From a virus, in IMG/VR virus record IMGVR_UViG_3300017963_000033, positions 1-64,000 of that record: a DNA stretch of 64,000 nt; one strand, 5' to 3'. The position numbers and the translations under genes are program-made. The notes beneath the pieces are model-generated. The model saw only the letters and a program-made list of their open reading frames with translations. It did not search any database and was not told where the DNA came from. Of the stretch, positions 36,277-46,694 are shown piece by piece. Positions within the stretch are counted from its first letter, which is position 1. Every line of letters begins with the position of its first letter.

Positions 36277-37269
36277 TCAGCTATCCGCCGTGTATTCGAG
36301 TTCGATCAGGTGGACAAAGGAATTGTATCCGAGTGTGTCCCCACCGGCTGCTCCGTCACGGTAAACTTCCATGTGGACAATGTCTCCCGCTGATAGAGTC
36401 AGTGTGGTCAAGGCATCCCGATACATATAATCATGCAGCCGATTATCATTGGCAATAGCCAGGGTTCCTGCCTGATTGGCCAATACAGCACTGGGCTGCG
36501 CATCCCAAGAACTCCATCCCCACAAGACATCGCCGGCAACAACAACATCCGACCCTGGGCTATTCCAGACATAAAGTGTCATCGTGGCGCTGCTGATGTC
36601 GGATGGCACACGAAAGGTAACCCATATTGTGTTCAGCGCGGCAGCAGAAAAGCTCCATGCAGGGAAATAGGGCACTCTCGTTGTCTGGGGATAGTTGGTT
36701 GGCGGATTGGTTGCATCTGGCTCCATGGCCCCATAGGGAAAGTAGACAGACCGCGCCTGGTTCTCCAGCTTTGCCGTCGTCACCGCATCGTTCTGAATGT
36801 GGTCTGTCTCAACCACATTGTCCTGCAAAATAGTGCTGAACTCACAGAAATCACGACCATCGGTGATCAGTGTGATGATTCCTGCCAAGGTAGTGACCTG
36901 GGCCAGGGGGATGTCGTAGGTCACCCCTGGGTTCTGCACCAGGGCCGCCACCTGGGTCAGCCTAGCCTGTGGCGTAGCCCAGTCTCTGCGCACGACCACC
37001 CACACCGTTGAGTTGTTGGGTAACGCCACGGTGGCGGCTGCATCATTCTGGTAGAACAGGCCATAGAGGATACCCCCTCCAGTATCCACACTGGCATTGA
37101 GGGCACCCCCGTCAGTGACCTCCAATTCATTCAGCCAGCCCTTGAGGACTCCTTGATTTCCGGTGCCGTTCAGGAGTGCCCGAAAGAAGCGGTCCATCAA
37201 TTCATCATCGGTGATGCTGACCGCATCTCCTGTGGCGCTCCCATCCCAGAACCTACTGCGCTCTGTCAT
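36277..37269 (-). CDS. Baseplate/receptor-binding protein, paralog 2
   Basis: Same N-domain. Confidence 0.7.
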   Translation of the reverse strand: MTERSRFWDGSATGDAVSITDDELMDRFFRALLNGTGNQGVLKGWLNELEVTDGGALNASVDTGGGILYGLFYQNDAAATVALPNNSTVWVVVRRDWATPQARLTQVAALVQNPGVTYDIPLAQVTTLAGIITLITDGRDFCEFSTILQDNVVETDHIQNDAVTTAKLENQARSVYFPYGAMEPDATNPPTNYPQTTRVPYFPAWSFSAAALNTIWVTFRVPSDISSATMTLYVWNSPGSDVVVAGDVLWGWSSWDAQPSAVLANQAGTLAIANDNRLHDYMYRDALTTLTLSAGDIVHMEVYRDGAAGGDTLGYNSFVHLIELEYTADS

Positions 37270-38366
37270 TACAGATACCCTGTGTAGACCAATTCAATGC
37301 CTAGAACCAGAGAGGTTGCAGGGCTAGAATCTGCCTCGATGACATACAGGACAACCTCCTCACCAGTAAGATTGGTGACGCTCATCAACTGATCCCTGCC
37401 CACGGTGCCATTCACTGCCGTTGTACTGCAAGCCACTGTTTCATAGTCTCCAGAATAGGTAACTGGACCCCCATCCACATAATGTTGCCAAGCACTGTTG
37501 ACCTGACCCAGATTGCTGCCATCGTACATCCACCATAGGTATACGTCGATGTCTCCCGAGGCCCAGTCATCAGGCACCTTGAAGGACCAATGGCCCATCG
37601 GGTCAAAGTTTACAGTTGCCGTCCAGCCCTCCTCAGAAACTGCGGCGGACTGCCAGACAAAGGCTGTGGTTCCCCCAATTAGCCTCGCTGCGGCAGAATA
37701 GGAAAACTGAGTGCTGGTTGGAGCAGTAGGCGATGGCTGCATATTCCCACCGCCCAGGAATTTCCGCTTGGTTCTTGTCGCTCGGGCGTTATCGTCTACA
37801 GACTCATTGGTCAAGTGCGCCGTGGCAAACGCATCATCCTGTGGATAGACGGTGAACGTCACAAACTCCCGCGCATCGGTGACGGTGATCACCCCGCCCG
37901 TGGTCACCTGCAAGGTCGCCAGGGGAATGTCCCAGATCCCCGTCCCATCTGGGGCCGCACTCTGGGTCATGGCTGGCACACCACTGCCCTCTATCCCGGC
38001 AATTCGTGTGATCCTCGCCGTCTGTGCTGCCCAATCCCGCCGCACGACAATCCGGTCATAGCGCGTGTCGCTGGAAGGGCTGGGCACCGCCACATTCAGG
38101 CTGGCATCATTCTCATAGTACAGGCCATAGACGATGGCCGCCCCTGTGTCCACTGCCACTGGGGTAGCTACGCCAGTCACCGCCAATTCGTTCAACCAGT
38201 TGGCCAGGACACCCCGGTTGCCATCCCCATTCCACAGCGCCCGACCCATGATGTCCACCCAGGGGGACTCATAGTCCTCGTGGGCCATGTGGTAGCCCCC
38301 ATTGGGCGTCCAGGTATCGGCATCTCCCAGGCTTGCGCCGTTCCAAAAGAACGATTTCTGGGTCAT
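37269..38366 (-). CDS. Baseplate/receptor-binding protein, paralog 1
   Basis: Same N-domain; start MTQKSFFW. Confidence 0.7.
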   Translation of the reverse strand: MTQKSFFWNGASLGDADTWTPNGGYHMAHEDYESPWVDIMGRALWNGDGNRGVLANWLNELAVTGVATPVAVDTGAAIVYGLYYENDASLNVAVPSPSSDTRYDRIVVRRDWAAQTARITRIAGIEGSGVPAMTQSAAPDGTGIWDIPLATLQVTTGGVITVTDAREFVTFTVYPQDDAFATAHLTNESVDDNARATRTKRKFLGGGNMQPSPTAPTSTQFSYSAAARLIGGTTAFVWQSAAVSEEGWTATVNFDPMGHWSFKVPDDWASGDIDVYLWWMYDGSNLGQVNSAWQHYVDGGPVTYSGDYETVACSTTAVNGTVGRDQLMSVTNLTGEEVVLYVIEADSSPATSLVLGIELVYTGYL

Positions 38367-39292
38367 GTGCCCAAAACCTCCACATACCAACAGACCTGCA
38401 CGGTGGTCGTCAGGTTGACCGCGCTGCCGGCGCTCCACCAGGTCAGGGCGTTGGCCCCCGGCTCTAAGGTGAACGTGCCAAAGTCACCGCCCACATAGGT
38501 AATCAGATTCGTGCCCGCACCATTCTGGACAGTCTTGTCCGGGATGTTCAAAGTCACCGTCTCGCCGGCAGAGATGGTGTAGCCATCCCATTGCAGTACC
38601 GCCCCATTGGCGGCGTTTGTCAGTGTCCAGTCCTCGGTCGGCCCGGTGATGGCAATGACCGGCTTTGTCTCCCAGGACCCATCATTGTTCGCTGTCAGGG
38701 TCGCTGTGCTAACCGTAGTGCCCAGCAAAAATGGCCCGGTGAATGCCAATTCTAGTTCTGCGTTCTGGGTCAAGGTGCTGGTCGAGACACAGGTCCTGCC
38801 ACTCGCATCCCGCGTTTCCCCCACATCCAATGGGCTGTTGACCCACTTGGGAATAGGATCGTAGGCAGTCAAGACCACAGTTCCAGTCTGTACCAACGGC
38901 GTGGGTTGTTCCTGGCTGGACAGGTCATATCCTCCCGTCACCCACACGTTCTGGTACTCAAACTTGAGTCCGTCCGGGGTGATGAGCCGCAGGATATGCG
39001 CTCCATTCTGCGGACTCAACATCTCGATGTTGGCCCGGCGCTTGGCATACATATCCCCGCGTCCACATCCCCGCAGGTAGAGAACCAGGTTGATCACCCT
39101 GGGCCGAACGGCATAGCCCCAGTGGCTCTCACCAACCTGGAATGGTGCCCGCGTGGTCCAATGCTGGATAGGCGGCATTCCCAGTCCCGAGACCTGCTGC
39201 CCCAACCGTCCAGGGAACGACAGGGGATAAACAACCCCATTGGCGTCCTCCAGTTCCAGTTCTGGTGCAGGTCGGTATCCTCGCAGCCTCAT
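38363..39292 (-). CDS. Distal tail (Dit) protein
   Basis: Follows the tape measure; GLGMPP, A.DP, NDGS..T.P.I.ITGP, L.PG.N motifs. Confidence 0.8.
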   Translation of the reverse strand: MRLRGYRPAPELELEDANGVVYPLSFPGRLGQQVSGLGMPPIQHWTTRAPFQVGESHWGYAVRPRVINLVLYLRGCGRGDMYAKRRANIEMLSPQNGAHILRLITPDGLKFEYQNVWVTGGYDLSSQEQPTPLVQTGTVVLTAYDPIPKWVNSPLDVGETRDASGRTCVSTSTLTQNAELELAFTGPFLLGTTVSTATLTANNDGSWETKPVIAITGPTEDWTLTNAANGAVLQWDGYTISAGETVTLNIPDKTVQNGAGTNLITYVGGDFGTFTLEPGANALTWWSAGSAVNLTTTVQVCWYVEVLGT

Positions 39293-42200
39293 CGTCGTAG
39301 ATTCCTCAACGTCATCTCATAACCGGCCAGGTCGTCCAGCAGGCTGGCCTCACTCTGATAGCGGGGATAGTTGGCCGTGACCGACAGATTGGTCTGGTTC
39401 GTCGTTTGCTGGCTCCCGGCAAATATGCCTGGCGGCAGGCTGACATGCTCTGCCGGCATGACGCTGCGCATCCCAGAGGCAGTCACGTCGAACGCAGCCT
39501 GGATGTTGGCCTGGATGTCGCTCAGGTCAAAGCCCTTCTCGTACCCGGCAATCTGATCCTTGCCGAACTGCTCAAACCACTTGGATGGGGAATTGCCGCC
39601 ATATTGGGCATTGAGCCAATCAAAGTAGGCTTTCCAGGTCTCGTACATCCCCCCCGGTCCAAACAGGTGCCGCTCCAGGTCCTCACGTTGGCCCTGATAC
39701 GCATCCGCAAACGCAGTGCTTTGTTTGGACAGTTCATCTATGATGACCAGTTTCTGTTTGTCCATCTCTGCCAGGATTTTGGCCCGTTCCTCAGACTTTG
39801 CATCCTGGATCTGTAGCAATTGCTTGGCATAGTGGGCTCTTAATTCTGTTTCACGGTCGGAATAGTTCTGGCGCTCATCCTGCAACTGCTCCTGGAGGCG
39901 CTGCCGTTCCTCTTCGGCGGCGGCCTCCAATCTGGCCTTTTCCTCAGCAAGCTGGCGGTCCAGGTCATCAAGACGTTCCTGGTATCGCCGCGCAATCTCC
40001 TCCCGCTCTCGCTGGTTCTTGATGCGCAGTGCCTCTTGTTGCCGTTGGTATTCCCGCTCAATCTCGGCCAGTTCCCGCTGGTGCTGGATCTCCAGGTCCT
40101 GCAATCGCTGGTTGTACTGGCGCTCCTTCTCGGCCTTTTCCCGCTCAAATCGTTCCTGCTCCTGGGCAAGCTGTTCCTGGTATGCCGCCTCGCGGGCTGC
40201 CTGCTCCTCTTCCAACGAGCCTTCCAGGTTTTCCAGGCGCTTCGCCTGTTCCCTGGCAATGTCGTCGGTAATATCCTCCTGAGCCCAGGCATAGTCCTCA
40301 TCTATGTTGGCCAGTTCTTCGAGGAGGGCCGCATAGAGTTCGCGGAAGGGTCCCCCTACCTCGTGAGGCTCAACCTCAATTTCCCCGAGAAAGATGGACC
40401 GCAGGAACTCTGCGTACTCATCGGCGTAGTTGCTATTCTCCAGGCGCTCAAGCGCCTCGCGCAGGAATTTGAGGCGCGTGTCACTCCGCTTTTCCTCAAA
40501 GTCCTCTTCGAGGTCATCCAATTTCTGTTGCTTGATGTTTTCAATCTCAAGCAGTTTGTTGGCGTGTTCCTGGGCCAGGTCCTCCAGGTCAGAATAATAG
40601 TCAGCTTGGAGGTCATCCATCCTGCGCTGGTGGTCGCGCTCAATGTCCTCCAGGTCCTGGACCAAGTCCCTGGCCAGGTCCTCACGCTTTTGTGCATATT
40701 CCCGCTCGGCATCCTCGATGTTTTGGAGGCGGTCGATGGCCAATTCTTTCAGGGCGTTGTTCAGGTCGCGCTCGGCATCTTCCAGGTCCTGCTGGAATTG
40801 GATGCCCAGCTCGGCCCGGTCGCTCCAGTAGTCAGCTACGGCATCGAGGATGTCCCGTTGTAATTCGACATCAATGTCGGCCAGGTCCTGGAGAATGTCG
40901 GATACTGAGTCGGCATGGTCCTCTTCCAGGCCGATGAGGGCATCGTGCAACTGTTCCCGCGCCCGTTCCCTGGCCTCATTCGCCCGCTGGTCGGCGGCAA
41001 TCAGTTGATCGGCTCCCTTTTCGGCAACCTTTCTGATGCGGTCCTCAAATTCATCCTGGGCCTCTACAAAATCAATAAAGGACCGCTGCCACAAATCAAG
41101 GGAGTGCGCTCCTTCTTGGGCGGCGGTGACAACCGCTCCCGCTGCCCTGGATACCGCATCAAATTTGTCAACGGCATCTCCAGCCTCAGACGCCATCCTG
41201 GCCATGGATTCACCAACTCCATCGGCCCCACTCTGAACTTCTCGCTGGACCTGGGCGACGGTTTTCATAGCCTCGGCAAAGGCATACGCCTGGGTTTCAG
41301 AATATCCCAGGCTGATGGCCAGGTTATACATCGCCTCTTCATCGGCAAGGATGGCAAGTTCGGCAGCATTCATGGACTGAGCTGCATTGCGCAACCCATC
41401 TGCCACAAAGTCCAGCTTTGTCCTAAATTCCCCGGTTGCCGTAGATACCAGAGAGAAAGAGTTGTAGGTATTGATGAGACGGAACGTCAGTTCCTGAATT
41501 TCATCCTGTGCATTCTGTAACTCCAGTGCTTGCAATCCCTCACCGGCCTCCTGAGAGGCTTTGGCAATCTCATACAGGCTTTCACTGAGTTCATAGGATG
41601 CCAGTTCGGCAACCTCAATATTGGCTCGATAATCCTCATAGCTGTCCGAGGCTTCCAGGATGGCCGCTGCCTCTGCCTGCCGTGCATTGTCCACCGCATC
41701 CATAGCAGCAACAAGCCCCACGAGGCCGACAATCAACCCACCGGCTCCCAACAAAGCCAGCGAGGAAACGCCCATGGCCCCAGACAACGCGATGAATCCA
41801 GCCCGCAACTTGGCAAGTTGCGGCAATAGGACAATTGCCGTCCCGGTCAAACCCGCGAGGGCCGAGGCCGATCCCCCTGTGGCCAGGATGAATACTTGCA
41901 TGGGGTCTGACAGCTCTGTGGCGCTCTGGATGAGGTCCCGCACCAGGGGGAGGGCTGCATCCAGTGCCGGCGTCAGGTGTTCTCCAAACTCCTCAGCCAG
42001 GTCTGCCACGTCGGTCTGAATGGAGCGGATTTGTTTGGCAGCGGTGCCCATGGCAGCCTCATAGGCCCCGGCAATCGTCGGGGCCTGGGCCAGGACTTCG
42101 TTGAAGGCCGCCTGCTGCCGCTGGGCCACCGTCATGTCTTTGACGGCAACCCCGTTGGCCTGTGCCCAATTTTCGTAGGCAACATTGAGGTTGATCATCA

Positions 42201-42786
42201 ACCCGTAGGTGCGCAGCACCCTCGGGTTCAGGGTTGTGATGCCCCGGACTAGACCCTCAACCGCCACAGAAGAGTCCTGCATGGCGAAAGTGGCTGCATC
42301 CTGGGCCAGCCTTGCCAACTCTGTGGACCGCTGCCAGTCTAGGTTGTAGCGGATGAGCTGGGCAACGGTTTCATTGGCCACAAGACCGGATAGGTGCAGT
42401 TCTCGCACTCCCTGGACCTGTTCTTGTACCGCCTGCGAGGTCAGGGACGATGCCCTGTCCAGGTCTCCATTGGCCTCTGCCAGCCGCTGGGCATTGATGC
42501 GGGTGATTTCCAGGATGGCTCCCAATTCCTCGATGCGAGACGCGGAGAGACCGATGGCCCCAAGCATACCCAGGCCCGCCGTGCCGGCAGCCGCCAAAGA
42601 AACGCCAAGTGCCCTGAAATCCGCCTGTGCCTTCTGGGCTGATTGCCCTGCCTGGGCAGACTGCTGGGAGGTTTGGTTTAGGGAGTTGGAAAACTGGTCA
42701 AGGGCATCGTTGGCCTTGCCAAGTTTCAGGATGAACTCGTCATATCCTTGAACGACGAGTTGTACGCCACCCTGCGGTACAGGCAT
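39289..42786 (-). CDS. Tail tape measure protein
   Basis: 1165 aa, helical, central TM region, C-terminal NSPSKWF motif. Confidence 0.9.
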   Translation of the reverse strand: MPVPQGGVQLVVQGYDEFILKLGKANDALDQFSNSLNQTSQQSAQAGQSAQKAQADFRALGVSLAAAGTAGLGMLGAIGLSASRIEELGAILEITRINAQRLAEANGDLDRASSLTSQAVQEQVQGVRELHLSGLVANETVAQLIRYNLDWQRSTELARLAQDAATFAMQDSSVAVEGLVRGITTLNPRVLRTYGLMINLNVAYENWAQANGVAVKDMTVAQRQQAAFNEVLAQAPTIAGAYEAAMGTAAKQIRSIQTDVADLAEEFGEHLTPALDAALPLVRDLIQSATELSDPMQVFILATGGSASALAGLTGTAIVLLPQLAKLRAGFIALSGAMGVSSLALLGAGGLIVGLVGLVAAMDAVDNARQAEAAAILEASDSYEDYRANIEVAELASYELSESLYEIAKASQEAGEGLQALELQNAQDEIQELTFRLINTYNSFSLVSTATGEFRTKLDFVADGLRNAAQSMNAAELAILADEEAMYNLAISLGYSETQAYAFAEAMKTVAQVQREVQSGADGVGESMARMASEAGDAVDKFDAVSRAAGAVVTAAQEGAHSLDLWQRSFIDFVEAQDEFEDRIRKVAEKGADQLIAADQRANEARERAREQLHDALIGLEEDHADSVSDILQDLADIDVELQRDILDAVADYWSDRAELGIQFQQDLEDAERDLNNALKELAIDRLQNIEDAEREYAQKREDLARDLVQDLEDIERDHQRRMDDLQADYYSDLEDLAQEHANKLLEIENIKQQKLDDLEEDFEEKRSDTRLKFLREALERLENSNYADEYAEFLRSIFLGEIEVEPHEVGGPFRELYAALLEELANIDEDYAWAQEDITDDIAREQAKRLENLEGSLEEEQAAREAAYQEQLAQEQERFEREKAEKERQYNQRLQDLEIQHQRELAEIEREYQRQQEALRIKNQREREEIARRYQERLDDLDRQLAEEKARLEAAAEEERQRLQEQLQDERQNYSDRETELRAHYAKQLLQIQDAKSEERAKILAEMDKQKLVIIDELSKQSTAFADAYQGQREDLERHLFGPGGMYETWKAYFDWLNAQYGGNSPSKWFEQFGKDQIAGYEKGFDLSDIQANIQAAFDVTASGMRSVMPAEHVSLPPGIFAGSQQTTNQTNLSVTANYPRYQSEASLLDDLAGYEMTLRNLRR

Positions 42787-42789
42787 TTC

Positions 42790-43044
42790 CTATCGCCCCC
42801 GTTTCACTGCCTGGGACAATGCGTCCTGGCGGTGCATGTCCAGTTCTCGATGGCGGGAGTACCAGGCCATCACCTTGGCCTTAAACCGGGATGGATATTC
42901 CCCAGACTCCCATTTCCACATATCAAGTCCCGCTGCCGTCGCCGCTTCCCACTCCATCATCGGCTGGCTCAGTTCCAGCCCCGTCCTCGCCGCGTGTTTC
43001 AGCGGATACTCTGCTACGTCCTCGCCGTGTCTGTGAACCCAGAA
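42790..43044 (-). CDS. Frameshifted extension of the tail assembly chaperone (gpT-like)
   Basis: Open +1 frame from ACG TTT C to a TAG 3 nt before the tape measure ATG. Confidence 0.6.
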   Translation of the reverse strand, partial: FWVHRHGEDVAEYPLKHAARTGLELSQPMMEWEAATAAGLDMWKWESGEYPSRFKAKVMAWYSRHRELDMHRQDALSQAVKRGR

Positions 43045-43573
43045 ACGTGTCGCGGGCTTGCGCTACCTCCAGGGGGCGCACTCCATAGAGCGGGGCAATG
43101 GTGTGCATGTCGGCCCCCGCTACTGCGACGTACCGCTTATACAGGTACTCCAGGTCAAAGTCATCCTCAAAGTCAAACCCGTCCAGGTTCAGGCGACCTT
43201 TCTTGGCCAGGAATTTCAGGCGTCTCAACCAGGTGGTATCCTCTGGTAGTCCATCTACCAGGTCCACACCGAACAGACACAGGGCATCCAGCACCGCATC
43301 CCCACGCTGGACATTTATTCGCTCCACGGCGGCAAGGTAGACCGGGTCGTTCGGGTTTTCCTCTTCCCGCTCTTTGGCCTCAATCCAAACCCTGGGAACA
43401 TCTGGATACGGAATGCTGGCCTTGACATCCTCAACCAGGGATGAGGACACGGCTTTGAGCTGCACCCGGACCCCGCTGGTCAGGGTGACGATAACATCCA
43501 CGTCACCCTGACCTGCGATTTCTTTGGCGCGGTCTTTTACCAGCGCCTTTGGGTTCTTACTGTTTCCATTCAT
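42923..43573 (-). CDS. Tail assembly chaperone (gpG-like)
   Basis: Lies between tail tube and tape measure; AGAAAGGAG RBS. Confidence 0.7.
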   Translation of the reverse strand: MNGNSKNPKALVKDRAKEIAGQGDVDVIVTLTSGVRVQLKAVSSSLVEDVKASIPYPDVPRVWIEAKEREEENPNDPVYLAAVERINVQRGDAVLDALCLFGVDLVDGLPEDTTWLRRLKFLAKKGRLNLDGFDFEDDFDLEYLYKRYVAVAGADMHTIAPLYGVRPLEVAQARDTFLGSQTRRGRSRVSAETRGEDGAGTEPADDGVGSGDGSGT

Positions 43574-43609
43574 CGTGATTGTCTCCTTTCTTAGGTGACC
43601 AGGCGATGC

Positions 43610-45109
43610 CTAGTCAGTCCCCACGACGATGATGCCATCGGTGGCATTGTCGGCCAGGCCGACGCCCACGACATGGTTGGCATCGTAGATACACGCAGCC
43701 AGCGCATTGATGCGGTCGTTGGCGGGAATGGTCGAGGTCCCTTCCGGGATGATCTGCCACGAATACCCGCCATCGTAGGTCCGCAGGATGCGGCCTGCCG
43801 GTGTGGTGGTTGCGTGGGCCAGGTAGCCCACGTTTCTGTTGGAGAAGGCGATGTCGTAGACGACGCCAGCCCCGCTGCCAGGGAAGCCCTTGAGAGTCCA
43901 GGTCGTGCCTTTGTCTACGGTGTAGTACAGGCGACCATTCGAGGTTCCGATGAGCCAGGTCAGTTCGTCCTTCACCCAGACACAGTTGAAGTGGATGCCA
44001 ACCCCCAGGCCAGGGCCAGGGAGAGACGACCAACTCAGGCCATCCTCGGTGTAGACCAACGCGCCGTTGTTGCCGACCGCCACACCGAATTCATCGGACA
44101 TCATGTGGACGGCGTTGAGGTTATCGGACACGGCAACCCCGGCATCCAGGACGGTGACACCAGCGGTGATGTCGTCGGTGCGGTAGATGTAGCCGCTGGC
44201 ACCGACGATGTAGAGATAGCGCCCGCCTACTGCCCGCCAGCAGTCGTTTGGTGCCCCCACAAAGCCCGTGGCGATCTCGGTCCAGTCCTCGTCATAGCCG
44301 ACTGTGTCAATCTCGCTCTTGAGCGCATAGTGGGCGCTGCCCGAGGCGTTGGAGACGACGACGACATAGGCACCGACACATCCCACAGCCGATGGGTCCT
44401 CTGCCGCGCCCAGGGTGTCGATGTCGTCTGCATACCAGTTGGACCCATCCGCAGTGTGGATGATGTCTGCCGGCGTCCCAGGGGACCCGCCTGCCGCACT
44501 GGAGATAGCATAGATGTGCTGGCAGCCGGTGCTATCCTCCTCGCACTCCCCACAGGCTACCTGGTCGCAGATGACCACGTCCAACACTTCATTCGTGACG
44601 ATGCTGCCCGCGACCTCAGCCACCGAGAGCTGTAGGATCTCGTAGAGGGTCGCCGCGCTGATGGCACCCGTTTCTTGAACCGGGTTGCGCTCGTCCGAGG
44701 ACAAGGCCCCCAGGTCGTCCGTGGACCAGTCGGAGATGTACGCCCCCTCCATCACAAGTGCTTTGGTGAAGGTGTTGAACAAAGTCGGGTCCGTGCATTC
44801 TCCAAAGTGTACGTGAACATCGACACCGCACCCGATTTCTGCCAGTCGCAGCAGTTCAGACGCCGTGTCGGCCAGATAGCGACTGACCAGGTCCATGGTG
44901 GCCCGTTCCTCCGCACCCCTGACGGTGTCTACCTCGGTAAACTTGTCATACTGGATGTCGGACGGACATTCGATGGTGGTCAAATCGCCATAGCTTTTGG
45001 ATACTGCTCCCGCTCTCATGCAGCCTTGATAGTTGGGGGCGTGGTCCGGTCGCCCACCACCATCAACAAGAAAGACGCGGGAGAATCCAGTTTTGGCATA
45101 ACTAGCCAT
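43610..45109 (-). CDS. Putative major tail (tube) protein with C-terminal BNR/Asp-box beta-propeller
   Basis: Synteny; repeats HTADGSNW, YTEDGLSW, YTVDKGTTW, RTYDGGYSW. Confidence 0.65.
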   Translation of the reverse strand: MASYAKTGFSRVFLVDGGGRPDHAPNYQGCMRAGAVSKSYGDLTTIECPSDIQYDKFTEVDTVRGAEERATMDLVSRYLADTASELLRLAEIGCGVDVHVHFGECTDPTLFNTFTKALVMEGAYISDWSTDDLGALSSDERNPVQETGAISAATLYEILQLSVAEVAGSIVTNEVLDVVICDQVACGECEEDSTGCQHIYAISSAAGGSPGTPADIIHTADGSNWYADDIDTLGAAEDPSAVGCVGAYVVVVSNASGSAHYALKSEIDTVGYDEDWTEIATGFVGAPNDCWRAVGGRYLYIVGASGYIYRTDDITAGVTVLDAGVAVSDNLNAVHMMSDEFGVAVGNNGALVYTEDGLSWSSLPGPGLGVGIHFNCVWVKDELTWLIGTSNGRLYYTVDKGTTWTLKGFPGSGAGVVYDIAFSNRNVGYLAHATTTPAGRILRTYDGGYSWQIIPEGTSTIPANDRINALAACIYDANHVVGVGLADNATDGIIVVGTD

Positions 45110-45383
45110 GTTCTGCCTCCCTATACAAGTGGATCACTTTCTTCCGCATTGCTCCAAGGATCGCTCCCTCGAGTCCTTGCCTTTGCTGCACATCCAGCCA
45201 GGAGTACAGCCCCGCGTCCACCAGCAGGTTGTGTAAGTCCCGTTTGATTGCCTCCCAGTCCATGCCCTCCAGAACGGGCGGGTCCTGGAGGATGCCCTGG
45301 GGGGCAGCCTCATCGGGATCTTCTTCACGCACCAGTGAACGGTGTTTGTAGCCGTTGTTGTCTGTCCATGTAACTGCTCTCAT
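45102..45383 (-). CDS. Hypothetical protein
   Basis: Coupled at both ends. Confidence 0.65.
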   Translation of the reverse strand: MRAVTWTDNNGYKHRSLVREEDPDEAAPQGILQDPPVLEGMDWEAIKRDLHNLLVDAGLYSWLDVQQRQGLEGAILGAMRKKVIHLYREAEHG

Positions 45384-46681
45384 ACGGCAAAGGCTCCCTT
45401 TTGCTTTCCACGCACAAGGTTCTTGAGATACCTCCATGCTTCCATTTCCCCTATGCGCGTCCCGAATGGGTTGGAAAGATCGTCCCACAACACTGAGTAA
45501 CTGACATCGCCGGCATCGGCAGCCACGTCCGTTTGCAACCATCGAACCAATGCACCCGCCGACCCACAGGAGCAGACCGGCCTGCGCAGCCTGGACGTGG
45601 CCAGCCAGGCGATGATCTTGGCCCATTGATCAGAGAGACCATCACACCGCCTGCCGGCGAGATTCAATTCACTCAGGTTTCCACAATAGTAATACAACTT
45701 GACCTCATCTGGGTCCCTGCACACCGACCAGCTTGCGGCTGCCCATTGCGATTCACTGTCATCGTAGGTTGCCGGCGCGGGAACCACAATTCCCTTTTCG
45801 GCGTCTCGGATGTGGGCACACCCATTCTGCTCAGTCAAGGTACACGCCGCACAGCCGGCAGTTCCACAGAAGGTACAGCACCCGCCACTGATGGCTCCTG
45901 GTTGCGGTTCCCAGTACAACACGGCGCTGACCGCCGTTGGATCATTGTACTCCCGATAGACATCTGCCTCAGTCACATAGACCCCTCCATCGTCCAAGTT
46001 GACTGATGGCACTCCATCTGCCTGGGTGGGGAAGGCTTCCCAGTTTGCCGGTTCGATAAACTGCCATTTCCAGAAGGTGGCCGTCATCACGCCGCCAGCG
46101 ATGACCTTGGTGCGGGCCGGTCGGATTTCCCATTCCGGTTCGCCATTGTGCCCGGCGAAATAGACCTTGACCTCGCACTCATCGGTCAGGGTCGTGGCAA
46201 TGGTCACGGTAGCTGTTTCGTTGAACCCGTCGCCATCCTCATCACTGTAGACCAGGGTTCCCCCTGCGACAGTTACTTGACCGATGAGGGTTGTGGCCCG
46301 TTGTCCCGGTTCGATGATCTTGCCATAGGCAGTGCGGATGCTTTTGTGTTGGCCTCGCACATTCAAAGCGCCGATGCTATAGTATTCCGGGCGATGGAAC
46401 CGTGGAAACATCTTGACATCTTGGGCAATCCAGCGGGGTGCCGGCCACCAGCCAAGATAGTCAGCGATGGACTGCTCGGCTATGGCAATCTCTCGGGCGA
46501 TGTCCTCCCGGCTGCTGGCATCGGCGTGTTGCCAGGGATGCTGGTAGGTGATGTCATTACACGAGTTGTCGAACGGAAACACAATCGCGCTCAGGCCCTG
46601 GTTGAAGTGGGGTGGGGTCAGGCCAATGATGGCCGCATAGCGGTCTAAAGCCAATAGGGTTGGAGTGCTTGCCCTTGCCAT
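45380..46681 (-). CDS. Putative virion (head-tail) protein
   Basis: Position in the structural operon; Cys clusters. Confidence 0.55.
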   Translation of the reverse strand: MARASTPTLLALDRYAAIIGLTPPHFNQGLSAIVFPFDNSCNDITYQHPWQHADASSREDIAREIAIAEQSIADYLGWWPAPRWIAQDVKMFPRFHRPEYYSIGALNVRGQHKSIRTAYGKIIEPGQRATTLIGQVTVAGGTLVYSDEDGDGFNETATVTIATTLTDECEVKVYFAGHNGEPEWEIRPARTKVIAGGVMTATFWKWQFIEPANWEAFPTQADGVPSVNLDDGGVYVTEADVYREYNDPTAVSAVLYWEPQPGAISGGCCTFCGTAGCAACTLTEQNGCAHIRDAEKGIVVPAPATYDDSESQWAAASWSVCRDPDEVKLYYYCGNLSELNLAGRRCDGLSDQWAKIIAWLATSRLRRPVCSCGSAGALVRWLQTDVAADAGDVSYSVLWDDLSNPFGTRIGEMEAWRYLKNLVRGKQKGAFAV

Positions 46682-46694
46682 CTTAGTTCCCCCC

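Noticed and set aside
35253-38366. Diversity-generating retroelement or shufflon acting on the tail genes
   Set aside because: No reverse transcriptase, no adenine-specific TR/VR pair, and no inverted cassettes.
39500-41000. Repetitive E/Q/R-rich region as an SMC or repeat element
   Set aside because: It is the coiled-coil portion of the tape measure protein.
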